Source of the DNA: a virus | Taxonomy: Duplodnaviria > Caudoviricetes | Strand: one strand, 5' to 3' | Virus record (IMG/VR): IMGVR_UViG_3300020044_001621 | Location: 1-25,819 of that record | DNA: 25,819 bases | Part shown: positions 7,600 to 17,097 of the stretch, piece by piece | How positions within the stretch are numbered: position 1 is the stretch's first letter | How the letters are laid out: every line of letters starts with the position of its first letter | Notes under the pieces: generated by a model | Told to the model about the DNA's origin: nothing | Databases searched by the model: none | What the model saw: only the letters and a program-made list of their open reading frames with translations | Made by a program: the position numbers and the translations under genes

Positions 7600-8569
7600 A
7601 TGAATAACTACCTGCCTACAGACTATCAGTCCTTCATTGCAACTTCGCGTTATGCCCGTTGGATTGATTCTGAGAATCGTCGTGAGAACTGGGGAGAGAC
7701 TGTTGGACGCTACATCACGAACATCATCCCAGAAGGTCTGGACCATCAGACCACTTTCGAGATTGAACAGGCTATCCTGAACCTCGAAGTCATGCCCTCA
7801 ATGAGAGCACTAATGACGGCTGGTCCTGCTCTGGAACGTGACAACACTGCTGGCTACAACTGCTCCTACCTTCCTGTAGATGATCCTAAGTCCTTTGATG
7901 AGGCTATGTTCATCCTGCTCTGTGGTACAGGTGTGGGGTTCTCTGTAGAGCGTCAGTACATCAGCAAGCTTCCAGAAGTACCTGACCAGATGTTCAAGAG
8001 CGAGACTATCGTTGTAGTCAAAGACAGTAAAGAAGGTTGGGCTAAGGCCCTGCGTCAACTCATTAGCTTGCTGTACGCAGGTGAGATTCCCCAATGGGAT
8101 GTGTCTAAAGTCCGTCCTGCTGGTGCTAAACTCAAGACCTTTGGTGGTCGTGCTTCTGGTCCTGCCCCTCTGGTAGAGTTGTTCAACTTCACTGTTAATA
8201 CCTTCGTCAATGCCAAGGGACGTAGGCTCTCCTCTATTGAGTGCCATGATCTGATGTGCAAGATTGGTGAGGTTGTTGTAGTTGGTGGTGTACGCCGCTC
8301 TGCTATGATTTCCTTGTCTAACCTGTCAGATGATCGTATGCGACATGCCAAGTCTGGCAACTGGTGGGAGAAGGATAAGCAACGTGCCTTGTCTAATAAC
8401 TCTGTAGCCTACACCGAGAAGCCCGATATGGAAACCTTCATGCGAGAGTGGTTGTCTCTGGTAGAAAGTAAGTCAGGTGAGCGTGGTATCTTCTCTCGTG
8501 CTGCCAGTAAGAAGCAAGCAGCAAAGAATGGACGCCGGGATGCAAATTATGAGTTTGGAACCAATCCGT
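7600..8569 (+). CDS. nrdJ: Class II (adenosylcobalamin-dependent) ribonucleotide reductase, exon 1
   Basis: RRENWGETV, PSMRAL, YNCSY, GTGVGFSV, GGVRRSAMI; ends EFGTNP plus the first base of the Cys codon. Confidence 0.93.
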
Positions 8570-9344
8570 AAGCGTCTATGTGCGGATTTAAAACCCCTTC
8601 TGATTGACTTGGAAGTCTGTAGCAAGACGACAGGGCGCAAGCGTAATGGCAGCGTGAGAGACTAAGCGAAGGGGACACTACAATGATTGTCTATTGGATC
8701 AGAGAAAAAGACCACACAGACATCTACACCGAAGGTTATATTGGTATCACCAAAAAGACCTTGAAAGAAAGGGTTCGTGAACACAAGAAGAATAAAAGCA
8801 ATAGTGTAGTTGCTGGAAAACTTCGGAAGTACTCCGACCTTGTTTGGTCTGTTGTTCATACGGTACAAACTCTTGAAGATGCTCTTGCACTAGAAGCAAA
8901 GTATCGACCCACAAGTTGTGTAGGTTGGAATTTGCAAAAAGGTGGAGAGCTTGGTGTAGAACCTGAGTGGTATGCTGTTCCAGAAAACAGTCAAAGACAC
9001 AGCAGGAAAACGTCTGAGGCAACTCGACGTGGGATTGCCACCAAAGATACTAAGGAAGCCCGCTCTGAAAGGGCCAAACTCAACCACAAAAACAAGCCTG
9101 ATAGCTACAAGAACATTTCTAAGGGTGAAAGAAACCCTAAGGCACTCCTTAGCGAAGCAGATGTGGTTAAGATAAAGTATGAGTTGTTTCCTCAGGGGTT
9201 GAAGAACCCAGAGATTGCAACTATGTTTGGTGTGAAACCTTATGTTATCAGTTTCATTCGAACTGGTAAGAATTGGAAACATGTGTAGTGTATGCGATAG
9301 TCCAGCGCACAAGCGGGTAGGCTAATGTAACCCCGTGGTGTGAG
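8570..9344 (+). mobile_element. Group I self-splicing intron (775 nt) in nrdJ, carrying a homing endonuclease
   Basis: Exon end AATCCGU pairs with guide GCGGAUU (8582-8588) with U.G at the splice site; P3 CCCCTTC(8594-8600)/GAAGGGG(8668-8674); P7 GACTA(8660-8664)/TAGTC(9298-9302); P8 ACACTACA/TGTAGTGT; terminal G at 9344; splicing restores TNPCSEI in frame. Confidence 0.92.
8683..9288 (+). CDS. Intron-encoded GIY-YIG homing endonuclease with C-terminal HTH DNA-binding domain
   Basis: IVYWI...GYIGIT...R..EH, LEAKY, GWN motifs; C-terminal GERNPKALLSEADV...IATMFGV...IRTGKNWKHV. Confidence 0.85.
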   Translation: MIVYWIREKDHTDIYTEGYIGITKKTLKERVREHKKNKSNSVVAGKLRKYSDLVWSVVHTVQTLEDALALEAKYRPTSCVGWNLQKGGELGVEPEWYAVPENSQRHSRKTSEATRRGIATKDTKEARSERAKLNHKNKPDSYKNISKGERNPKALLSEADVVKIKYELFPQGLKNPEIATMFGVKPYVISFIRTGKNWKHV

Positions 9345-10297
9345 GCAGTGAGATTATTCTTCGACCGTATCAATTTTGCAACCTTACCGAGGTGGTCGTT
9401 CGGGCAACAGATGATCTGGCATCGCTAGAAAGGAAAGTAAAACTGGCTACAATCCTTGGTACTATCCAGTCTACCTACACCCACTTCCCATATCTCCGTA
9501 AGATTTGGAAAGATAATACTGAGGCCGAACGTCTCTTGGGTGTGTCGTTGACGGGTATCATGGATAACAAGATGCTCACTAATGATGCTAGTGCCGTTAG
9601 TCTTTGTGGGCTTCATCTTCATCAAATATTGGAGCGTCTGAAGAATGTTGCTATTGCCACTAATGCTGAGTGGGCTGACCGTCTCGGTATCCCTGCTTCT
9701 ACTGCTATCAACTGCGTCAAGCCATCAGGAACCGTTTCTCAGTTGGTTGATAGTGCTTCTGGCATTCACGCTCGTCATTCAGCTTATTACATCCGCACCG
9801 TAAGGGGTGACAACAAAGACCCTCTGACGCAGTTTATGAAGGATCAAGGTATCCCCAGTGAACCTGATGTCATGAAGCCCGATGCTACCACTGTCTTTAG
9901 TTTCCCTATGAAGTCTCCTGTAGGCGCAGTTACTCGTAACGACATGACTGCTATCGAACAACTAGAGTTGTGGTTGGTTTATCAGCGCCATTGGTGTGAG
10001 CACAAGCCTTCCGTGACAATCACAGTTCGGGACCATGAGTGGCTTGAGGTTGGTGCTTGGGTCTATAAGTACTTCGATGAAGTATCTGGTGTATCCTTTC
10101 TGCCAAGCTCAGACCATACTTACCTTCAAGCACCCTACCAAGAGTGTAGTGAGCGGGAGTATCTTGATGCTCTGGCCCTTATGCCTGCAAAGATTGATTG
10201 GGCCAAACTGAGTGAGTATGAGACTGAAGACACTTCTAAAGGCACAAGTACTTTTGCTTGCTCTGGGGGAAGTTGCGAAATTGTAGACTTGACCTAA
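9345..10297 (+). CDS. nrdJ: Class II ribonucleotide reductase, exon 2 (spliced protein ~640 aa)
   Basis: (T)GC AGT GAG = CSEIILRPYQFCNLTEV; RLLGVSLTG, CVKPSGTVS; C-terminal redox pair ACSGGSCE. Confidence 0.93.
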
Positions 10298-10302
10298 GAA
10301 TC

Positions 10303-10536
10303 ATGTTCTACATCCTCACTCGTGACGATTGCCCTTGGTGTGATAGAGCCAAAGAAGCACTTAACAATCGGGGGGAGCCTTACGAGGCTTTCCTCTACAC
10401 AGAACACCCAATGCTTATCAAACTAATAGACAAGGCAGGACTAAAGACTGTCCCTCAGATTTGGCATGATAAGAAGTATGTAGGTGGCTGCGCTGAACTC
10501 TACAAATACCTAGAGGAGTTACAAGATGATTGCTGA
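10303..10536 (+). CDS. Glutaredoxin
   Basis: CPWC active site, TVPQIW, YVGG; lies next to the RNR gene. Confidence 0.9.
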   Translation: MFYILTRDDCPWCDRAKEALNNRGEPYEAFLYTEHPMLIKLIDKAGLKTVPQIWHDKKYVGGCAELYKYLEELQDDC

Positions 10537-11230
10537 GAAGCCACGAGGTAAGCGGGTAACGAAATACAAGGGCGCAGAGGAAGAATCTGTAGGTAAACTC
10601 GTACCAATCCTCCCCCGTAATGAAAATCAGCGTACCTACCTAGATGCTCTAAAGAAAAGCAATCAGGTTATCGCTCTAGGCCCAAGTGGTACAGGGAAGA
10701 CTTGGATACCAGTTACCTTTGCTTGTAACCTCTATCTTGGACGTAAGATCGACAAGATCATCCTGACTAGGCCAGCAGTGTCTGTAGGTAAGTCTCTGGG
10801 TGCTCTTCCGGGCGACATGAATGAGAAGTATGGTCCTTGGCTATCGCCTCTCCTCAACGTCATGGAAGAGCAGATGGGGAAGGGTGTAGTTGAAACAAGT
10901 GTCAAGAATGGCAACATTCGTATGGCACCCCTAGAGTACATGAGAGGTTCTTCGTTCAATGATGCTTTTGTCATCTGTGATGAAGCCCAGAACCTGACTA
11001 TCGAAGAACTAAAGATGCTGACTACAAGGATTGGAGAGAACTGTACCTTTGTACTCTCTGGTGATATTCGTCAGTCTGACATCAAGCAACAGTCTGGACT
11101 CTCTAAAGCAATTCACCTAGCAAAGAAGTACCAGATGGACATCCCTGTCATCGAGTTTACTGTTGACGACATCGTAAGAAGTGATGTATGCAAGCAGTGG
11201 ATACAAGCGTTTTATGAGGAGAATCTCTAA
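10526..11230 (+). CDS. phoH: PhoH-family ATPase
   Basis: GPSGTGKT, LTRPAV, LGALPGD, YMRGSSF, DEAQN, GDIRQSD, DIVRS. Confidence 0.93.
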   Translation: MIAEKPRGKRVTKYKGAEEESVGKLVPILPRNENQRTYLDALKKSNQVIALGPSGTGKTWIPVTFACNLYLGRKIDKIILTRPAVSVGKSLGALPGDMNEKYGPWLSPLLNVMEEQMGKGVVETSVKNGNIRMAPLEYMRGSSFNDAFVICDEAQNLTIEELKMLTTRIGENCTFVLSGDIRQSDIKQQSGLSKAIHLAKKYQMDIPVIEFTVDDIVRSDVCKQWIQAFYEENL

Positions 11231-11715
11231 TGGCCTTTAAGATTGGTGATGCTGTAGTCTCGACCCTTACAACGGATAATCTTGGCGCAGGTACTGTGTT
11301 GTCTGTCACGGAAGATAAAGCCTTTGTAGCTTTTGCTAATCGTAAGAACAGTATGTGGTGCTACAATGACATCCTTAAAAAGTATGATGATTGGGAACAT
11401 GATATGAACCAAGTACAGCAAGAGATTGACTCAAGGGTGGTAGGGTATGATATTCCTATCGCTGATCTATCATACGGCCCCGCTACGTTTTCAGAGACAA
11501 CTGATGCAGTGAACAACCCAGACCACTACAACAACGGGAACATTGAGTGTATCGACTACCTCAAAGACAACCTGCCGTGGGAAGCCTACACAGGCTACCT
11601 AGAGGGTAACTGCAAGAAGTACATGCACCGCTGGCGTTACAAGAAGAAACCCCTAGAGGACCTTAAGAAGGCACGTTGGTATCTTGAGCGTCTTATCTCA
11701 GAGTTGGAGGATTAA
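11230..11715 (+). CDS. DUF3310-domain protein with an extra N-terminal domain
   Basis: DAVNNPDHY...IECID...GNCKKYMHR...EDLKKARWYLERLI. Confidence 0.85.
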   Translation: MAFKIGDAVVSTLTTDNLGAGTVLSVTEDKAFVAFANRKNSMWCYNDILKKYDDWEHDMNQVQQEIDSRVVGYDIPIADLSYGPATFSETTDAVNNPDHYNNGNIECIDYLKDNLPWEAYTGYLEGNCKKYMHRWRYKKKPLEDLKKARWYLERLISELED

Positions 11716-11717
11716 GC

Positions 11718-11921
11718 ATGATCACTCTAGTCTTCCTAGTCTGTAACCTTGTAGGTTCGGGGTGCTACTCGGCCACTTCAGAGATGGTTTATCCAACAGA
11801 ACAAGCCTGCAAGCAAGAGGCAGTCGCTATCATAGAGCGTAACCGAAAGTTGGCAGAAGAGGGCAAAGTTCCTCATGAGACTGCTCTTTATCTCTGTGTC
11901 AACTGGGGTCAACCTGCGTAA
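11718..11921 (+). CDS. Small Cys-containing hypothetical protein with hydrophobic N-terminus
   Basis: GGAGG RBS; 4 Cys; last gene before the terminator. Confidence 0.7.
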   Translation: MITLVFLVCNLVGSGCYSATSEMVYPTEQACKQEAVAIIERNRKLAEEGKVPHETALYLCVNWGQPA

Positions 11922-11950
11922 GTATATCTTGTCACTAGACTAAACAAATG

Positions 11951-12000
11951 AAAAAGCCCGTAAGTCAGGATTTTTTGTCCTAGCTTACGGGCTTTTTTTT
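11951..12000. terminator. Bidirectional rho-independent terminator between convergent modules
   Basis: AAAAA-GCCCGTAAG...CTTACGGGC-TTTTTTTT. Confidence 0.9.
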
Positions 12001-12236
12001 TATTCTGATGGGTGTTTCTTGTAGATGTCTAGGATGTCTCGTTTGACTTCCTTTAGGTCAGTCTGAATGTCCCGCATAATCTCACGGTCTTCACTACGTC
12101 TGTCGTCTCTTGAAACAATCTCAGTTTGTAGTAATGCAATCTGTTTCTCATTAGTTAGAACCCTACGAACCAACCAAGTTCCTGCCGAGAAGACAGCAGC
12201 GATTGCACTTCCAATAATATATTCCAAATAGTTCAT
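12000..12236 (-). CDS. Single-TM coiled-coil protein, putative holin/lysis accessory
   Basis: N-terminal TM followed by a charged coiled coil; lies in the lysis cassette. Confidence 0.55.
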   Translation of the reverse strand: MNYLEYIIGSAIAAVFSAGTWLVRRVLTNEKQIALLQTEIVSRDDRRSEDREIMRDIQTDLKEVKRDILDIYKKHPSE

Positions 12237-12553
12237 TTCTTAAATAATCCTCTTATTGATCTTGAAATTTCATTAGGGGACGGTAGCAACCATCCAAGAA
12301 TCAGAAGCAACATCATCCATAGGGGTGTTTGTTGGATCGTAACTTCTTCAATGGTATCCGCGATAACAGGGGTGTCTTGCTGGACTACATCCCTTCCTGC
12401 CTCTGTTGTGTTCTGATTGCCTACAACTTGTTGGGTGTTCTCTTTGCCTGCTTGGACATTAGCTGCCAGATTCGGGCCACCACCCGTCAGGAAGCCCAAG
12501 GGACCCCCACAAGCAGCCAGTAAGAGAACTAAGATGAGGGCTAGGACTTTCAC
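12233..12553 (-). CDS. Putative unimolecular spanin
   Basis: Lipobox LLAAC plus C-terminal TM (PLWMMLLLILGWLLP); immediately downstream of the endolysin. Confidence 0.7.
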   Translation of the reverse strand: MKVLALILVLLLAACGGPLGFLTGGGPNLAANVQAGKENTQQVVGNQNTTEAGRDVVQQDTPVIADTIEEVTIQQTPLWMMLLLILGWLLPSPNEISRSIRGLFKK

Positions 12554-12555
12554 GA

Positions 12556-13029
12556 CTACAAACCTTTGAGACAGAGATTGGTCTTGCTTTCTGCCCTACG
12601 GTTCTGTAGTCCCTTCACTGTCTCCCCCCCAGCCTTGACCCACTTACCAAGTTCACTACAGGCCTCTTTGTAGCGACCAGCATTAGCGAGTTTCATCATG
12701 GTGGACTTGCAGGTAGCCCCGGTACCCACGTTATAGGACAGTTCTAGGAGAGATGCTTGGACACCTACAGGCATGTTCTTGTTGGTCATGCAAGGCTCTA
12801 GTTTGCTATAGTACTCCCCTACAGCCACTTGGAGCATCTTCATGCACTCTGCTTTGGTGTAGCTGTCTCCCATTCTTACACCACGAGTCTCCCCGTAGCA
12901 GACAGTAGGAACGCCTACAATGTCCCTATAGGCGGTAGTCTCTAGTCCTTCCCACTTGGCAATGAATGGGGTGGCTGCAAGGATTACAGCGGCTGCAACA
13001 GCACTAGAGACTTTCTTCTTCAAAGACAT
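12556..13029 (-). CDS. GH24 lysozyme endolysin, probable SAR type
   Basis: Catalytic E-x8-D-x5-T (WEGLETTAYRDIVGVPT), YNVG, GLQNRR; Ala-rich N-terminal TM after KKK. Confidence 0.9.
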   Translation of the reverse strand: MSLKKKVSSAVAAAVILAATPFIAKWEGLETTAYRDIVGVPTVCYGETRGVRMGDSYTKAECMKMLQVAVGEYYSKLEPCMTNKNMPVGVQASLLELSYNVGTGATCKSTMMKLANAGRYKEACSELGKWVKAGGETVKGLQNRRAESKTNLCLKGL

Positions 13030-13046
13030 TGCTAGGTTCTCCTTTA

Positions 13047-13292
13047 TTACTCGGTGGGGTAGGGGTAGCGATCACGGACTTCCTGACGTTTAGCAAGCCA
13101 TTCTTCTTCTGTAGATTCCCCAGCCTGCCATTGGAAGAACAAAGGATCAGCTTCAGAAACAAAGGCTGCTTGGCGTTTAGCCTCTTGCCCTACACGAGTG
13201 ATCTGTGGTTGAAGTGCTGCGACTTCTTGTGGGGTCATTTCTCGTACAGTGACTACACCAGTTACTGCATTCGTGATAATTTCTTGAGCCAT
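13047..13292 (-). CDS. Small tail-fibre-associated protein (assembly chaperone-like)
   Basis: Follows the fibre gene; EADPLFF...WLAKRQEVRDRYPYP type C-terminus. Confidence 0.6.
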   Translation of the reverse strand: MAQEIITNAVTGVVTVREMTPQEVAALQPQITRVGQEAKRQAAFVSEADPLFFQWQAGESTEEEWLAKRQEVRDRYPYPTE

Positions 13293-14014
13293 TACTTCAC
13301 TCCATAGATACGGATAGTACCAGCATCAAAGGTGCCAGAGGACACATTGACACTGACTGACGTTGTTGCTGTACTATAACCTGTAGCCCCAGCCCCAACA
13401 TTACTTGCCGTAATAAGCCTAGTTGCAGCGGTGCCTACACCATTGCCCAGATCAACCCAACCCATACCCGAGACTGTAGCTCCGCCTGTAGCAGGCCCAA
13501 AGAGATCAGACGCTGGCCCAAGACCTATTGTACCACTTGTGCCTGATGTAGAGACACCATTCAAGGTAAAATGCAAGAACTTGTAGTCAGTCAACACCAA
13601 CCCTGAGAGGGTCTGACTAGAGCCACTAGTGGTGGTCAAAGTCCCAAGCAAGACGGTATCTGCATATGTAGGTGTCAGTGCAGCAATAGCCTGTGCAGCC
13701 CTAAGAGGGGTCATCACTGTAGTATTATCAGTGCCAGCTTCTGCTTGAGCCTGAGATGATAGGGAACGTTGTCCAGTGGGGGTAAAAGTCCCAGCACCCT
13801 CATCAATAGTACCTAGAGTGATCCAAGCACTGTTGGCTTCATTACGCTTCTTGATTTGATCATTAGCTGTATCATACCAAATCATGTTAGCAGCAGTTGT
13901 GGCGGGGGCAGTAGCACTAGAGTTCTGTGTTAGGATTGCTTGCAAGGCATTGTTTAGGTCTGTCCTAAAAGCAGAAGCAGACTGGTTATCAATAACGTAG
14001 TCATGTGTAGCCAT
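13292..14014 (-). CDS. Short tail fibre / receptor-binding protein
   Basis: HDYVIDNQS...RTDLNNALQA, WYDT, SQAQAEAGTDNT..MTPLR motifs; Gly/Thr/Ser-rich; AAGGAG RBS. Confidence 0.75.
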   Translation of the reverse strand: MATHDYVIDNQSASAFRTDLNNALQAILTQNSSATAPATTAANMIWYDTANDQIKKRNEANSAWITLGTIDEGAGTFTPTGQRSLSSQAQAEAGTDNTTVMTPLRAAQAIAALTPTYADTVLLGTLTTTSGSSQTLSGLVLTDYKFLHFTLNGVSTSGTSGTIGLGPASDLFGPATGGATVSGMGWVDLGNGVGTAATRLITASNVGAGATGYSTATTSVSVNVSSGTFDAGTIRIYGVK

Positions 14015-14043
14015 CACTAGGCTCCTTTTAGTTTGTCGGGGGA

Positions 14044-16605
14044 TTAGTTATAGGAGACTCTTGCAGTCAAGCCAGAGATACTCGGGGAGACACCAACACT
14101 TTGAGAGTTGAGGACCACTTGGAATCTGAAGGCCCTTCCGTAGAAATCCCCAGCCTTGAACAGTTGGTAATCAGACCAAGTAGGACTTCCAGCAGGGTCT
14201 TGTTCTGTGATAGAGATGTAGGTTAGAACATCCGTATCAGCAAACTGTGTCCCACCAGTGAAGTCGTCAAACAGTCCGGGGAGACTATCGAACAATCCAG
14301 AAATGTTATCAAATAGTCCAGCACTACTATCGTAACGATTTACGTTTATGTCTACACGAGCACGAACCCTACGGACTGCCCCAGTATCAATGCTCCCGGT
14401 GAAGGTATAGGTTGCAGTAGAGGGTGCTACAGATGTATCTGTGATCCGAAGTTGACTGCTGGTAACAGAACAGCCTGTCTTAGTTCCGGGGAACGTAGGG
14501 CTTTCAACATCAGTCGGGTTGCTTGTAAACGTCTCCAGAGCGGCCACAGGGACCACCACAGAGGCACTGTTGATAGAAGGGTTACCCAACTTATCATAGG
14601 CACGGATAGCATAGGTTCCCGGCCTTGTGGGGATGGCTACAGAGGTAGCAGGGCGTGACACCTTCTGGATTGCTGTAGTGGCATTAGCGAAGGTAGCACC
14701 AGTCTCTTCTAGGGCATGACGAATGATGTAGTAGGACAAGTCCAAGTCAGGAACAGCATTCCACTCAAAACTAATCACACCACCATTAAGATTGGCACGG
14801 AAGTTAGTTACGTCTGAAGGGGGAGCAGCTAGACCAACAGGCTTGTACCCATTAACAGAAGTCCACTCACTCTTGACCCCGAGGAAACTGTAAGACCTAG
14901 CCCTTACGTCGTAAGTAACACTAGGATCAACCGCAACAGCCTCATAGTCCCCAAGATCACCAACACCGATCACTGTCCACTTTGCAGCACTGCTTTTCTT
15001 GAACTGGACCTCAACTCTCTCCACATTACTTGCTTGTGTAGCCGTGACAGTGGCGATGATAACATCAGTCAAGTTCTCGTTAATGATCCTGACTTCCCCA
15101 GTAACACCAAGCCCTACAGGTTCTGCATAGAACGCACTAGGAAGACTTGTGTTGTTGTTCTCAAAGACAGAAGCATCAAAGAGGGTGAATACTGCTTCAC
15201 TAATCTCACGAAGTGTCATTTGTACTTGAAGGTCAAGTCCATCCACTAAACCAAAGGTCCAAGTAGTTACCTCGAAGACTTTGTTAGACCAACCGAAACG
15301 TGTATTGTTGATATATACAAAGTCACCTACTTGTACTTGGAAAGCCTTAAGACCAAATGAAGCCGAGAAGGTGAGTTGCTCTCTATTCCTACGAAGGAAG
15401 ATATTAGCCAACCGTTGTGCAGTCACAGAGTCAGAGGTGAATGGCAATGGTACATCCACTACGTTTTCAATGTTGTTATCTGCTGCAAGGAAGACACTAT
15501 CCGTAACTGCGGGATAGTCAGCAGTTTGCCAATCAGTCTCCGAGCCTCTGAATGTCCCCTTAACCTTATTGAAGTTGTTCCTACGGGAGTGACGGGTGGA
15601 GAGACTAATACCAGAACGTAAGTCCCCCTCATCAAGGGTTACTGTAGGTGTGGTATACTTGGCAGCCTTCATTCTCCACTTACCTTGAGAGTACCAGAAT
15701 AGGCCACCCATTGAACTCAGGATGTCAGAGATGATCTGGCTAGGGGAGAGTGAGGTAACGAAAGAACCATTGCAGGTATATCGCTTATCAGCGCCTACAA
15801 GTTCATCACAGATAGCAGCGGCAGCAATGACTGAAGTATCATCAATACGGCTATCTGGTTGCTCAAGCCCATAAGTAGAGGAGATATAGTCTCTCAAGCA
15901 CAAGGCAGGATTGTCACTCCACTCAGTAACCGTAGTATCTGGGTTATATACCCTCTTTCCTTTAATGGTAGCGGAGACTACAGGAATACCATTGGGGAAA
16001 GCATCCTGATTGTATTTGAACCGAACATAGAGGTAAGCAATATTACGCAGTCTGTGTGCTGAAGTCCAACGCCCTTCGTTCTCAGGGAGAGAGAGGGTTT
16101 CTGAGATAAGGTCAGTGTCAGCAGCCTGCGTAGTCATACCAGAGTAGGACTTGATGCGTACATAACCGTTATAGCGAGCAGGAGAGGTTACGTTTCCAGA
16201 CCCATCCAGAGTAACAACTTCATCATTCAGATAGATTTGTTCGTAGGATTGAATCCTGTGCCCAGCAAAGGCTATGATCCGATGGAGATAATCATTGTTT
16301 CCCCCAGTAGAAGCATCATAGAGACGCACCCCACCTACCCTAGCCGTACCATAGATGATCTGATGGTCAACAGCAGAACCACTCTCACCATTCAGGCTAT
16401 AGCCACGGCTACCACGATTGCTGATAGTGGGTTTGGGGGTAAGGGCATTTAGGGCAGCCCCCATAGCTGTTGAGACAAGGAAGTGTGTCATGACAGTGCC
16501 CAGAGCACCAGCACCAGCACCAAGCAGGAACCCCCCCATGAGTGCTCCACTCGACAGTGCAGTAGCTCCAGCAGACAGAGCACCCATTACAGCAGAAACA
16601 GCCAT
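14044..16605 (-). CDS. Tail tip / host-specificity protein (lambda J-like, FN3 domains)
   Basis: 853 aa; IIYGTARVGG, WSDNPALCLRDY, RYTCNG, FN3-like APPSDVTNF...W..VPDLD..YY. Confidence 0.85.
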   Translation of the reverse strand: MAVSAVMGALSAGATALSSGALMGGFLLGAGAGALGTVMTHFLVSTAMGAALNALTPKPTISNRGSRGYSLNGESGSAVDHQIIYGTARVGGVRLYDASTGGNNDYLHRIIAFAGHRIQSYEQIYLNDEVVTLDGSGNVTSPARYNGYVRIKSYSGMTTQAADTDLISETLSLPENEGRWTSAHRLRNIAYLYVRFKYNQDAFPNGIPVVSATIKGKRVYNPDTTVTEWSDNPALCLRDYISSTYGLEQPDSRIDDTSVIAAAAICDELVGADKRYTCNGSFVTSLSPSQIISDILSSMGGLFWYSQGKWRMKAAKYTTPTVTLDEGDLRSGISLSTRHSRRNNFNKVKGTFRGSETDWQTADYPAVTDSVFLAADNNIENVVDVPLPFTSDSVTAQRLANIFLRRNREQLTFSASFGLKAFQVQVGDFVYINNTRFGWSNKVFEVTTWTFGLVDGLDLQVQMTLREISEAVFTLFDASVFENNNTSLPSAFYAEPVGLGVTGEVRIINENLTDVIIATVTATQASNVERVEVQFKKSSAAKWTVIGVGDLGDYEAVAVDPSVTYDVRARSYSFLGVKSEWTSVNGYKPVGLAAPPSDVTNFRANLNGGVISFEWNAVPDLDLSYYIIRHALEETGATFANATTAIQKVSRPATSVAIPTRPGTYAIRAYDKLGNPSINSASVVVPVAALETFTSNPTDVESPTFPGTKTGCSVTSSQLRITDTSVAPSTATYTFTGSIDTGAVRRVRARVDINVNRYDSSAGLFDNISGLFDSLPGLFDDFTGGTQFADTDVLTYISITEQDPAGSPTWSDYQLFKAGDFYGRAFRFQVVLNSQSVGVSPSISGLTARVSYN

Positions 16606-16606
16606 A

Positions 16607-17065
16607 TCAATCCCTCAATAGTTTGGTGTAGACGTTCTCTACATGTTTATAGCCTAGCCAAGACAGGAGAATATCGAAAGGCTTATGTCTTTTTGTGTTG
16701 ACTACAAGGACAGAGATGCCATCATCCTTAAGACATTTCTCTGCAAACTTCATAAGTTTTGCACCTGTGAAACCCTTACGGTATTCCTTCTGTAGGTACA
16801 GAACATCATTGAAAGCAAATAGGTGATCCTTGTAGTGTAGGTGATGCCTACAGATAACTACGAAGTACCCTACGAGTTTACCTTCTTCCCTAGCAGTAAA
16901 GATTTTCAAGTTACCTTTATCTTCTAGTTCAAAGTAAGTATCCCAATCTGGGTTCAACTTGATAGCATCTTTGTTTAGGGCAATCTCTTCCCAATGTAGT
17001 TCTAGTAGAAGAGTGGCATCATCTTTATAGGTGACTAGGGATTCTTGTCTGTATACGATTGGCAT
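16607..17065 (-). CDS. GNAT-family acetyltransferase
   Basis: GKLVGY, LYLQKEYRKGFTGAKLMKFAE, LGY acetyl-CoA-binding pattern. Confidence 0.8.
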   Translation of the reverse strand: MPIVYRQESLVTYKDDATLLLELHWEEIALNKDAIKLNPDWDTYFELEDKGNLKIFTAREEGKLVGYFVVICRHHLHYKDHLFAFNDVLYLQKEYRKGFTGAKLMKFAEKCLKDDGISVLVVNTKRHKPFDILLSWLGYKHVENVYTKLLRD

Positions 17066-17097
17066 GTCGGGTGCCTTTCTCTTTATTGGTGTAGCTA

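Noticed and set aside
7600-10297. RNR as a pseudogene, split gene, intein-containing gene or stop-readthrough case
   Set aside because: The group I intron pairings and exact restoration of TNPCSE explain the break; the insert is not in frame and has no intein motifs
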